From NCBI GenBank assembly GCA_965243205.1, contig CBDEUK010000001.1, forward strand, positions 160,001 to 224,000: a stretch of DNA of 64,000 nucleotides, written 5' to 3'. Origin of the DNA: Gammaproteobacteria bacterium (GTDB taxonomy: Bacteria > Pseudomonadota > Gammaproteobacteria > Eutrophobiales > Eutrophobiaceae). Positions 40,429-49,574 of the stretch are shown here, one piece after another. Position numbers and translations under genes: made by a program. Below the pieces are notes generated by a model. It did not search any database. It was not told where the DNA came from and was given only the letters and a program-made list of their open reading frames with translations. Position 1 is the stretch's first letter, and every line of letters starts with the position of its first letter.

Positions 40429-43400
40429 TTATCGTTTAACTAATTTACGAATTAATATATAGAAAACAGGAGTCAGTAATAATCCAAATATCGTTACACC
40501 AATCATGCCGGAGAACACTGCAATCCCCATAGTATTACGCATTTCAGCACCAGCACCCGTTGAAATAGCCATTGGCAAGACACCCATAATAAACGCTATG
40601 GATGTCATTAAAATAGGACGTAATCGTAGCTGACTCGCTTCTACAGCAGCTTCAACAATGCCCCGACCTTTTTGTTCTAATTCGCGGGCAAACTCTACAA
40701 TTAAAATAGCATTCTTCGTTGCCAAACCAGCTAATACAAACAAACTGATTTGTGTAAAGATATTAATATTGCCCGGTGTTAACCACACGCCTAGCATTGA
40801 TACTAAACCGATAACCATCCCTTGATTAGTAAGCCAAACACCAACTAATGCAGACAATGTACTCATCGGTACAATTAAAATAATAGCTAAAGGTAAGGTT
40901 AAACTTTCATATTGCGCCGCTAAAACTAAAAAGACTAAGAAGATACATAAAGGAAAAATATAGATCGCACTATTACCCGCAAGAATTTGTTGATACGTTA
41001 ATTCAGTCCATTCGTAATCCATACCGGGCGGTAAGGTTTCTTCCAATATTTTTACAATCGCTGCTTGAGCTTGACCACTTGAATAACCTGGCGCAGGCGA
41101 GCCATTCAGATCTGCAGCCCTATAGCCATTATAACGTTGAGCATTTTCAGGCCCATAACTTTCATACACTTTCAACACAGCTCCTAGTGGAACCATTTCA
41201 CCGTTATTATTTGCAACTTTAAGTTTTGTAATATCTTCAGGTTTTGATCGAAACTGTTTATCGGCTTGAGCAATGACTCTATAAGTTCTACCAAATTGAT
41301 TAAAATCATTGATGTATAAAGATCCCAAATAAACTTGCATGGTAGAAAAAATATCATTGATATTTAAACCTAATTGCTTCGCGCGCACTCGATCTAAATC
41401 AGCATACAACTGAGGAACATTGATTTTAAAACTGGAAAATACTGACGTAAGTTCAGGTGTTTGATAGGCTTTACCCATTACTTGACCAAGTACGGCATTC
41501 AAAGCCTCATAACCTTGATCAGTTCGATCTTCGATCTGTAATTTAAAACCACCTACTGTACCTAAACCTAATACTGCTGGCGGTGGAAACACAGCAACGA
41601 ACGCATCATCGATCTGCATAAACTTTTGTTGCAACTTACCCGCTATTGCAAACCCTGATAACGATGGATCCGTACGCTCATGAAAATCTGTTAATGGAAA
41701 AAACACTGTGCCTGCGCTAGAACTATTAATAAAACCAGCAATTGACAAACCAGGGAAACCCACGGCATTTCGTATCCCAGGTTCTTCCATCGCGATCTCA
41801 GAAATTTCTCGAACTACCGATTCGGTTCGTTCCAAGGTCGCGCCATCTGGTAGTTGTGTAAAACCAATAAGATATTGTTTATCCTGCATTGGAATAAAAC
41901 CAGCAGGTATTGATGTAAATAACTGATACGTTACAAACATCAACGAACAGTAGATCAATATGGCAACAAATTTATGATGAACAATATGTTTAACAATAAA
42001 TGAATAAACGGCTGCGCAACCTTTATATACCCAGTTAAATATTTTAAAGAACCATCCTATTAATGCATTCATTAAAATAGTTAACCAATCGTTGGTTTCT
42101 TCCTTAGGTCGTAATAGCAATCTTGAAAGCGCTGGACTCAATGTTAAAGAGTTAATAGAAGAAATAACAGTAGAGATGGCAATCGTTAATGCGAATTGTC
42201 GATAGAACTGGCCTGTTAAACCGCTAATAAAAGCAATCGGAACAAACACAGCAACTAATACTAATGTTGTTGCAATAATAGGCCCTGTGACTTCACGCAT
42301 GGCTTGAAAACTAGCATCACGTGGTGATAAACCATCACTGATATTTCTTTGCACATTCTCAACGACAATAATGGCATCATCAACAACGATACCAATCGCA
42401 AGGATTAAACCAAACAAAGATAAAACATTAATGGAAAAACCCATTAATAACATGATAGAAAATGTCCCAACGATTGAAACAGGTACAGCCATTAATGGAA
42501 TAATCGAAGCACGCCAGGTTTGTAAAAATACAATCACCACGAGTACAACCAAACCTACTGCTTCTAATAAAGTATGGACAACCGACTCAATCGATTCTTT
42601 AACAAATACTGTAGGGTCATAAACAATGCTGTAATCAATGCCTTCTGGAAAATTTTGTTTTAATTCCTCCATACGTTTTCGAACGTCATGAGAAATTTGT
42701 AAGGCATTCGCATCGGAAGATTTAAAGATAGGAATCGCAACCGCATTTTGATTATCAAGCAAAGAACGCAATGCATATTCAGATGCACCCATCTCTATTC
42801 GAGCTACGTCTTTTAATTGGGTAATTTCACCATTGTCACCCGCTTTAATAATAATCTCTTCAAATTCTTCTGGTGATTCAAAACGCCCTTTAATGTTAAT
42901 CGGCAATTGCGTTTCGATTTGCGCATCGTATGGAGGGCCACCTATCACACCAGCAGATGCTGATATATTTTGTTCTTGTACTGATTGAATGATTTGGTTG
43001 GCTGTTAAACCGAGTTCAGCAATCTTTTCAGGGTTCAACCAAACCCGCATGGCATAATCACCCGCACCAAATAATAAAACCTCACCAATACCTTCAATAC
43101 GTGCTAATTCGTCTTTAACATTTAACACACCGTAATTGCGCAGGTATAACATGTCATAACGATCATTCGGTGATTTTAAATGCACAACCATAGTTAAATC
43201 AGAAGAACTCTTAACTGTGGTAACACCTAATTGCCTTGTGATATCAGGTAAACGTGGAGCTGCTTGTTCAACTCGGTTACGAACTAATGTAAGCGCTAAA
43301 TTCGGATCCGTGCCAATTTCAAATGTGACCGTAATCGTTGTTAAGCCATCGGCTGTTGATTGCGATGACATATACAACATGTTTTCCACGCCGTTAATCT

Positions 43401-43608
43401 GTTCTTCAATCGGAGCAGCTATGGTTTCTGCAAGTACTTTAGGATTGGCGCCAGGAAAAGAAGCACGCACCATGATAGATGGCGGGACAACTTCAGGATA
43501 CTCTGAAACAGGCAAATTAAAGATCGATATTAATCCTGCTAAAAAAATTAATATCGATAAAACACCAGCGAAGATCGGTCGATCAATAAAAAAACCAGAA
43601 ATATTCAT
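40429..43608 (-). CDS. RND efflux permease (HAE1; MexF/OqxB-like)
   Basis: FFIDRPIFA, GIVVDDAIIVVEN, GLATKNAILIVEFA and RLRPILMTS. Confidence 0.95.
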   Translation of the reverse strand: MNISGFFIDRPIFAGVLSILIFLAGLISIFNLPVSEYPEVVPPSIMVRASFPGANPKVLAETIAAPIEEQINGVENMLYMSSQSTADGLTTITVTFEIGTDPNLALTLVRNRVEQAAPRLPDITRQLGVTTVKSSSDLTMVVHLKSPNDRYDMLYLRNYGVLNVKDELARIEGIGEVLLFGAGDYAMRVWLNPEKIAELGLTANQIIQSVQEQNISASAGVIGGPPYDAQIETQLPINIKGRFESPEEFEEIIIKAGDNGEITQLKDVARIEMGASEYALRSLLDNQNAVAIPIFKSSDANALQISHDVRKRMEELKQNFPEGIDYSIVYDPTVFVKESIESVVHTLLEAVGLVVLVVIVFLQTWRASIIPLMAVPVSIVGTFSIMLLMGFSINVLSLFGLILAIGIVVDDAIIVVENVQRNISDGLSPRDASFQAMREVTGPIIATTLVLVAVFVPIAFISGLTGQFYRQFALTIAISTVISSINSLTLSPALSRLLLRPKEETNDWLTILMNALIGWFFKIFNWVYKGCAAVYSFIVKHIVHHKFVAILIYCSLMFVTYQLFTSIPAGFIPMQDKQYLIGFTQLPDGATLERTESVVREISEIAMEEPGIRNAVGFPGLSIAGFINSSSAGTVFFPLTDFHERTDPSLSGFAIAGKLQQKFMQIDDAFVAVFPPPAVLGLGTVGGFKLQIEDRTDQGYEALNAVLGQVMGKAYQTPELTSVFSSFKINVPQLYADLDRVRAKQLGLNINDIFSTMQVYLGSLYINDFNQFGRTYRVIAQADKQFRSKPEDITKLKVANNNGEMVPLGAVLKVYESYGPENAQRYNGYRAADLNGSPAPGYSSGQAQAAIVKILEETLPPGMDYEWTELTYQQILAGNSAIYIFPLCIFLVFLVLAAQYESLTLPLAIILIVPMSTLSALVGVWLTNQGMVIGLVSMLGVWLTPGNINIFTQISLFVLAGLATKNAILIVEFARELEQKGRGIVEAAVEASQLRLRPILMTSIAFIMGVLPMAISTGAGAEMRNTMGIAVFSGMIGVTIFGLLLTPVFYILIRKLVKR

Positions 43609-43617
43609 AAAATGATC

Positions 43618-44787
43618 TTATTTAGAATTTACAACGGTCGGTTCAACTGCCATACCAGGCCTGACCATTTGAATATTATTAATGACGACTTTTGTACCTT
43701 CAGCTAAATCCGTTTCAATAATGCGTTTACCCGCAATACGATTGCCGATTTTAACCTCTTGATATTGGATCTGATTTTTATCGTCTAAGGTATAAATAAA
43801 TTTTTTATCTTGGTCAGTACCAATAGCGCGTTCGGTTACTAAAATCATATTGTTTTTATTCACCGTACCAATGCGTATTTTAACAAACATCCCTGGTAAC
43901 AAAATTCCGTCATTATTTTGTAAAATAGCCCGCGCACGAATTGTTCCTGTTGATGAATTAATTTGATTATCAAATGAATGAATGTGACCTTCATAAGTAA
44001 CACTGTTATCACTCGCTAACGTCATTTCAACGGGCATGCTTTTTTCTTCAGCGGATTGTCTTGAAAGATTAATGTAAGTTTGCTCATCGACATCAAACTC
44101 TGCATACAATGTATCCGTTGCAACGATCATTGTTAGTACAGGTGCTCCCATCATCGTTTCAATTAAATTACCTTCGGTAAATTCAGCACGACTGATGCGA
44201 CCATTAATAGGTGAATGAATATTCGCATATTCAATATCCAACTCAGCCCTCTGTAATTGAGCTTTACTGGTTTGGATATTCGCCAAAGCCACTTGATAAT
44301 CATTTTTGGCATTATCCAAATCGCGTTTCGGAACTACCTTATCTTTATAAAGGTTTTCAATACGCGCCAATTCGGTTTTGGCTAAATTCGCTTGTGAATT
44401 AGCCGATGCTAATTGGCCTTTAATCCGCGCTACTTCAGCTTTGAAAGGCCGAGAATCAATTTCGAATAATAAGTCACCTTTATTCACGATATCGCCATCT
44501 TCGAAATAAATTTTGGTTAGCTCTCCTGTGACCCGAGGTTTGATTTCAACGCTATCGACCGCAGCCAATCTACCAGAAAATTCATTCCATAAACGCATGG
44601 GTTCAGCATGAATTTCAATGACATTCACTGGCATCTTAGGCGGCTGATTTTGCTGAGGATTTTCAGCTTTTTCATCATCAGCGATTGCTAAATTTACCGG
44701 AAAAATAATGCTCAAAAAGAACAGAGGAATTGCAGGAAATATTTTTTTCATTTTAGTATAAAAACAGACGACATTGCTGTGCAGCAT
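43618..44787 (-). CDS. RND periplasmic adaptor (MexE/OqxA-like)
   Basis: SGRLAAVDSVEIKPRVTG, SPINGRISRA, TGTIRARA and AIGTDQDKK. Confidence 0.92.
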   Translation of the reverse strand: MLHSNVVCFYTKMKKIFPAIPLFFLSIIFPVNLAIADDEKAENPQQNQPPKMPVNVIEIHAEPMRLWNEFSGRLAAVDSVEIKPRVTGELTKIYFEDGDIVNKGDLLFEIDSRPFKAEVARIKGQLASANSQANLAKTELARIENLYKDKVVPKRDLDNAKNDYQVALANIQTSKAQLQRAELDIEYANIHSPINGRISRAEFTEGNLIETMMGAPVLTMIVATDTLYAEFDVDEQTYINLSRQSAEEKSMPVEMTLASDNSVTYEGHIHSFDNQINSSTGTIRARAILQNNDGILLPGMFVKIRIGTVNKNNMILVTERAIGTDQDKKFIYTLDDKNQIQYQEVKIGNRIAGKRIIETDLAEGTKVVINNIQMVRPGMAVEPTVVNSK

Positions 44788-44883
44788 AACAGTTTCTCAG
44801 CCCCCACTCCACCAAGAAAAATGATTTTTTATGACATAAAATAATGGTTTAATAATGCAGAAATCACACTATGGAGTCTTTGA

Positions 44884-46349
44884 ATGGAACCCATCCTATT
44901 GGTTCATGGATATAGCTCAGAAGGCAAGGGAAAATCGGCTAAACAGATCTATGGAAACCTTCCCAAACTGCTTAAAGAGGAACTTAAAACGGATAAAATT
45001 GAAGAGCTGGATTTAAGCCGTTGGATTTCATTAGAAGATGGTATCAGCATTAACGATATTAGCTTCGCAATGGATCGTGCACTAAAACAAGAATACCCAC
45101 ATTTATTGGAATCAGGCTTTCACATCATCATTCATAGCACTGGGGCATTGATCGTTCGTAATTGGATTAAGGAATTTAGCCCTAAACCTTCGCCAATTAA
45201 AAATCTCATCCACTTAGCAGGAGCAAATTTTGGGAGTGGCCTAGCACATATAGGTAAAGGTCAATTGGCTCGCTGGGGTCGATTTATTTTTATGGGGACT
45301 GAACCAGGCATACAAGTGTTAAACGAATTGAATTTGGCTCTTGGAAAACCATTGATTTGCATAAACACTTTTTACAAGTTGGCACTCGCATGTATGAAGA
45401 TTATCAAGTGCAAGAGTTTTGTATGATCGGCTCGCAAATCTATTCTGGTTTATTAAAGAATGTTTTAGAAATCATCCCTATTCGTTATGTCAAAGAAGAT
45501 TCTTCCGATAATACGGTACGTACCAGCTCATGTAATTTAAATTTTAATTACATTCCAGTTACGCCAACCCCATTGGCCTTTAATTTATCTGCTAATCAAA
45601 TTAAAAACCGTTTAGCCAAACGTGAAGAAGCGGAAGCGATTTACGATCCTTACTATGAATATTCATTAGATAACTTATGCACGACCAGACCTGAAGTACC
45701 ATTTGCGATATTACATAAGACAGCGCATTTTGGAGATGACATAGGCATTGTTGATGGTGAAAAAAATCGCCGCAGAGTGATACCACATATCAAAGCGGCA
45801 TTAAAAACACCGTATAAGTTAGAAGCCTATAAAAAAACATGCGAACGATTTCATACTGTCACTGAAAAAACGCTCAATCGAGTAAAAGAATCTAAACGCA
45901 GCATCCTTTCTGGTTGGAACAAACAACGTCAATACGAAGCACATACCCAATTAATTTTTCGCATTCGTGATCAATTTGGTAACTCAGTGCCTCATCACGA
46001 TATTACATTTCACTCTTACCCAGATAAAAACCAAGAACAATATCGTTTAGAATGGATGATTGAAGATAAACATAATAATAACAAATATCCTGGTACTCTC
46101 ACCTTCTACTTACGCACAGTACAATTTAAGAACAAACGTTGGAATGATAAAATTTGTAACATCGCTCCAATTGACTTTGAAATCACAGCCTATGAACCTG
46201 ATTCAAACGAAATTTCATATGTGCCATTGAATATCGGTTTAAGCTCGGAAGATATCTGCCATATTTTACAAAACTTTCGTACAACAATTATTGATATCAC
46301 CCTGGTACGTTTACCATCAGATCAAGTCTTTAAAATTGAAAAACATTAA
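44884..46349 (+). pseudogene. alpha/beta hydrolase split by a 1-nt frameshift near 45330
   Basis: ORF1 has VHGYS, IIHSTG and HLAGANFGS. The frames overlap at TTG/GAA sharing G45330; restoring one G gives LNELEFGSW and a 488-aa product. ORF2 has SSDNTVR and a distal His (AHF). Confidence 0.7.
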
Positions 46350-46370
46350 ATATTTAATTGGAGAAGCTTT

Positions 46371-46766
46371 ATGAAATTTTTACTCACTACTTTCTTAACA
46401 TTATTTACAACTTTATGCATCGCTGGTCCAGGTATGAGCGAAGAACAAATGCAACAAATGATGCAACAAGCTCAAGCCGCGCAAGCCTGTTTTGAAAAAA
46501 TTGATCAATCCAAATTCAAAGAGCTAGAAACCAAAGGCAAACAAATGGAATCAGAAATCAAAGCGCTTTGTACTGCAGGCAAACGTGATGAAGCTGAAAA
46601 AACCGCAATCAAATATGGCATGGAAATGAATAACGATCCTGCTTTACAAGAAATGAAAAAATGTGGAGAGATGATGCAAGGTATGATGGGCCAGATGGAA
46701 TCGTTTATGCCTTCAATTCCAGAAGTGAATGAAAACGATGATAGCCATTTATGCGATGACATGTAA
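46371..46766 (+). CDS. secreted Met/Gln-rich helical hypothetical protein (probable cassette 1)
   Basis: RBS GGAG, signal peptide, four Cys in the mature part; stop followed by ATTTAAC. Confidence 0.75.
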   Translation: MKFLLTTFLTLFTTLCIAGPGMSEEQMQQMMQQAQAAQACFEKIDQSKFKELETKGKQMESEIKALCTAGKRDEAEKTAIKYGMEMNNDPALQEMKKCGEMMQGMMGQMESFMPSIPEVNENDDSHLCDDM

Positions 46767-46825
46767 TTTAACAAATATGATGCGTTATAACAACATATCA
46801 CATTGATGTCTAATTATAGTTAGCT
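46766..46825 (+). repeat. two fused attC remnants (25 bp and 41 bp) sharing the palindrome GTTATAAC
   Basis: ATTTAAC(46766)...GTTATAA(46784) and TTATAAC(46785)...GTTAGCT(46819). Confidence 0.5.
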
Positions 46826-46852
46826 CTCTACATAACCATGGAAAATTAATCA

Positions 46853-47902
46853 ATGGATAAGAAATTCCAAATCTTTATTAGCTCTACATACGAAGATCTA
46901 AAGGATGAGAGAGACCAAGCTATTAAAGCCGTTCTCGAGATGGGCCACATACCTGTTGGGATGGAAATGTTCAGCGCAGCTGATGAAGAACAATGGCAGT
47001 TAATTTCCAGGCAGATTAAAGAAACTGATTATTATATCGTAATTATCGGCCACCGCTACGGCTCCGAGACTGATGAAGGAATCAGCTACACTGAAAAGGA
47101 ATATGACTACGCTGTAACTTTGGGCGTTCCTACTTTGGGTTTTATTATTGACGATGAGGCTTCGTGGCCTAAAAAGTTCATCGACGGCTCTCAGAAAAAA
47201 AAGAGAAAACTGGAACAGTTTAAAGAAAAGGTCAAAGGCAAACTGGTGCAATTCTGGTTTTCTAAAGATGATCTGCATGGAAAGGTTTCTATATCTTTAG
47301 TTAAAGCAATGAATACAAACCCAAGAATTGGTTGGACCCGAGCAAGTGAAGCGATAGGAAACGAAGTCACAAAGGAGTTGACACGTTTAAGCCATGAAAA
47401 CTCTTCTTTACGGGAAGAACTACAAATTTTGAAAAATAAACAGGAAGAGCAGTCAGATGCCGCTCGAGAAGTCGTGAATATTATGAGCGCTAATGTTCGA
47501 AATATTAGGTGCAGAGAGACATCTAGTTGGGATGATGCAGAATTCTACGACACAGATTTGCTAATAGTTTTTCTGTCAATTGCACCAAATCTATTAAACG
47601 AAAACACGTCAGAAGAAATTGGTAAAAATATTGCGTTAAAACTCGTGGGTACTGGGTATTATAACTACTATCCAATTGGGAAAAATATTGTCGAGTCACT
47701 CTTGGCGGACTTTGTTGCTCTAGATGTTATTGAGCCATCAAGTAAAAAGCATTCCGTTCATGATAAAGATAATTATTGGAGTCTTACTAAGTTAGGTAAA
47801 CAAGTATTGCGGCGAGCTAGAAGGATTCAACTTGAAGAAGGGCTAAGTTCTCCCACGATTGATGATAACCATGAGGGAGAAAGAGAAAGTGACGAGAGCT
47901 AA
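46853..47902 (+). CDS. DUF4062 domain protein with coiled coil and C-terminal extension
   Basis: KKFQIFISSTYEDLKDER, GMEMF, YIVIIGHRYGS and ISYTEKEYDYA. Confidence 0.9.
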   Translation: MDKKFQIFISSTYEDLKDERDQAIKAVLEMGHIPVGMEMFSAADEEQWQLISRQIKETDYYIVIIGHRYGSETDEGISYTEKEYDYAVTLGVPTLGFIIDDEASWPKKFIDGSQKKKRKLEQFKEKVKGKLVQFWFSKDDLHGKVSISLVKAMNTNPRIGWTRASEAIGNEVTKELTRLSHENSSLREELQILKNKQEEQSDAAREVVNIMSANVRNIRCRETSSWDDAEFYDTDLLIVFLSIAPNLLNENTSEEIGKNIALKLVGTGYYNYYPIGKNIVESLLADFVALDVIEPSSKKHSVHDKDNYWSLTKLGKQVLRRARRIQLEEGLSSPTIDDNHEGERESDES

Positions 47903-47944
47903 CAAGCGCATGCAGAATTGTGCTACTGATGCTAAGCGTTATGT
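47897..47944 (+). repeat. minimal 48-bp attC site with intact R''-L''-L'-R' geometry
   Basis: AGCTAAC-AAGCG-CATGCAGA-(8 nt)-ACTGATG-CTAAGC-GTTATGT. L'' pairs with L' leaving one extra base; spacers are 5 and 6 nt. Confidence 0.75.
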
Positions 47945-47960
47945 TTATTAGGAGAATGTA

Positions 47961-48263
47961 ATGTGGGAATTTGTTACAGCAGTGATAGTTGCAGCTTTAA
48001 CAGGCTATATCACATTTCGGGTTCAAGAAGAACGATTAAAAAAAGAACTTAAAACAGAATTCATGGCTGAGAAAGTCGCTAAAGATTTACTAAGTAATAA
48101 ACAATGGGAACAACGATCATTTGAAACCATTCAAAAACGTTTGGGTGGTTTCAAAGAAGATGAGTTAAGAAAAATACTTGTTAGAGCAGGAGCGGTTCGT
48201 TTTGAAGGCGATAATGGAGAGGAACTTTGGGGGCTAATAAGTAGAAATGAATCCAAATTATAA
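47961..48263 (+). CDS. single-TM small hypothetical protein (cassette)
   Basis: RBS AGGAG; N-terminal TM; C-terminal RSF..I..RLGGF..DELR..LVRAGA block. Confidence 0.8.
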   Translation: MWEFVTAVIVAALTGYITFRVQEERLKKELKTEFMAEKVAKDLLSNKQWEQRSFETIQKRLGGFKEDELRKILVRAGAVRFEGDNGEELWGLISRNESKL

Positions 48264-48266
48264 TAA

Positions 48267-48298
48267 ACATAACAAATCATTCCAGCCAACCGTTAGAA
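48267..48298 (+). repeat. 32-bp truncated attC
   Basis: ACATAAC-AAATCATTCCAGCCAACC-GTTAGAA. Confidence 0.7.
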
Positions 48299-48306
48299 GG
48301 TATTCA

Positions 48307-48753
48307 ATGAAAATAATTTTCTTAATCTTAATTACTTTGTTTGTTTTTGGATGTAACAGCAAGACTGTGAAAGTGCTTCCCCAAAAGGATCTAAGTGGGT
48401 GTCATGGTCTAGGTATTGTCGCAGAAGACATCGCTCAAATTAGAGAGAAGAATGTTTCTCCAGAAAATACTTTTAATCAATATATTATAGATAATCCAGA
48501 TACACCTAAAAGTTTACATCCACATATAGCTGTAATAGCACAAACGGTTTTTGATTACCCGAATCTTAAACCCGAGACCTTTTTGCATACTTTCAATTAT
48601 ACATGCCTAGCTTCTCGAAACGGTGTGTCTATGAAAATTGCTCGCCCTTATCTACTTAAGAATAGCCAAAATTGTCAAGACAATGTTCAACGTCCATCCA
48701 TGGTAAGTGGTTGTATTCAACATGCATATAATGAATTATTACGAAGCAAATAA
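48307..48753 (+). CDS. hypothetical lipoprotein (cassette)
   Basis: Start moved to ATG 48307 after AAGG; MKIIFLILITLFVFGC lipobox; Cys-containing mature domain. Confidence 0.75.
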   Translation: MKIIFLILITLFVFGCNSKTVKVLPQKDLSGCHGLGIVAEDIAQIREKNVSPENTFNQYIIDNPDTPKSLHPHIAVIAQTVFDYPNLKPETFLHTFNYTCLASRNGVSMKIARPYLLKNSQNCQDNVQRPSMVSGCIQHAYNELLRSK

Positions 48754-48755
48754 TC

Positions 48756-48769
48756 TTCTAACGTTATAA
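48756..48769 (+). repeat. attC reduced to abutting core sites (14 bp)
   Basis: TTCTAAC directly joined to GTTATAA; each half complements the far end of its own cassette. Confidence 0.65.
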
Positions 48770-48782
48770 CCCTGAGTAAAAT

Positions 48783-49193
48783 ATGCCAAAAATTGAAACA
48801 CAAGGACTATCACAAGACTATAAAACTGCTACAGGGTTATATGAGCCTATTGAACGTGGCGATGTTTCGAAGCCAGAATTACTTAAAATTCTTCAACATT
48901 TATCTACGTTATCCACACCCGTAGGGGAAGATGATTGCCCACCAACTGTCAACACTATCCTTTCTGGTGACATATATTCTTGTTTCTTTGGTGATTCCGG
49001 CTTCATTAGGTGCACTGATTCTCAACATGAAGAAATGACTGCAGATGAAGCACTAAAGATAATGTGTGGAGAGATGAGCTTAGAAGAATTTGATCTCTCA
49101 AAAGGTCATGAACCAAGGAAAAATAAAACAATTCTAATTTTATTTTTTGTTATTGCCGTAATTATTCTTGGTGTTATAACTTTTGTTTTATAA
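48783..49193 (+). CDS. hypothetical protein with C-terminal TM anchor (cassette)
   Basis: 136-aa ORF with a hydrophobic C-terminus; stop codon lies inside the TTATAAC core site. Confidence 0.72.
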   Translation: MPKIETQGLSQDYKTATGLYEPIERGDVSKPELLKILQHLSTLSTPVGEDDCPPTVNTILSGDIYSCFFGDSGFIRCTDSQHEEMTADEALKIMCGEMSLEEFDLSKGHEPRKNKTILILFFVIAVIILGVITFVL

Positions 49194-49219
49194 CAAGCTA
49201 TGCCAGCCGGCCGTTAGAG
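49188..49219 (+). repeat. 32-bp truncated attC
   Basis: TTATAAC-AAGCTATGCCAGCCGGCC-GTTAGAG; same length as the 48267 site with 12/18 interior identity. Confidence 0.7.
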
Positions 49220-49226
49220 CTAACAT

Positions 49227-49574
49227 ATGAACAAAGAAGTACTTGAATACATAAATAACATACCGGCTGAGCGTACTGAACGTTTTTTATCAATTCACGA
49301 AGCTATTATTTCTGTATTCCCAAATATCGAAATTAATATGCTATATAAAATGCCAACTTATCGATACAAAGAAGGTTGGATAGCTCTCGCAAATCAAAAA
49401 AGCTATATTTCATTCTATACATGCAGTGCAGAACATATTGAACCATTTAAAGAAAAATACCCTAATATAAAAACCGGTAAAGGCTGCATCAACTTTAGGA
49501 ATAACGATAAGATACCAATAACAGAACTTAAAAAAGTTATTAAGCATGCTATTGATAAACCTAAATCGCATTAG
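49227..49574 (+). CDS. DUF1801 (YdhG-like) protein
   Basis: YKMPTY, ALANQKSYISFY and TGKGCINF. Confidence 0.85.
   Translation: MNKEVLEYINNIPAERTERFLSIHEAIISVFPNIEINMLYKMPTYRYKEGWIALANQKSYISFYTCSAEHIEPFKEKYPNIKTGKGCINFRNNDKIPITELKKVIKHAIDKPKSH

Noticed and set aside
46505-47278. Minus-strand ORFs within the cassette array as antitoxins or overlapping genes
   Set aside because: Antisense to clearly coding genes and lacking recognisable features.
48247-48306. N-terminal extension of the 168-aa ORF (MNPNYNKHNKSFQPTVRR)
   Set aside because: It is the translation of the attC remnant. The real start is ATG 48307, which has an RBS and a lipobox.
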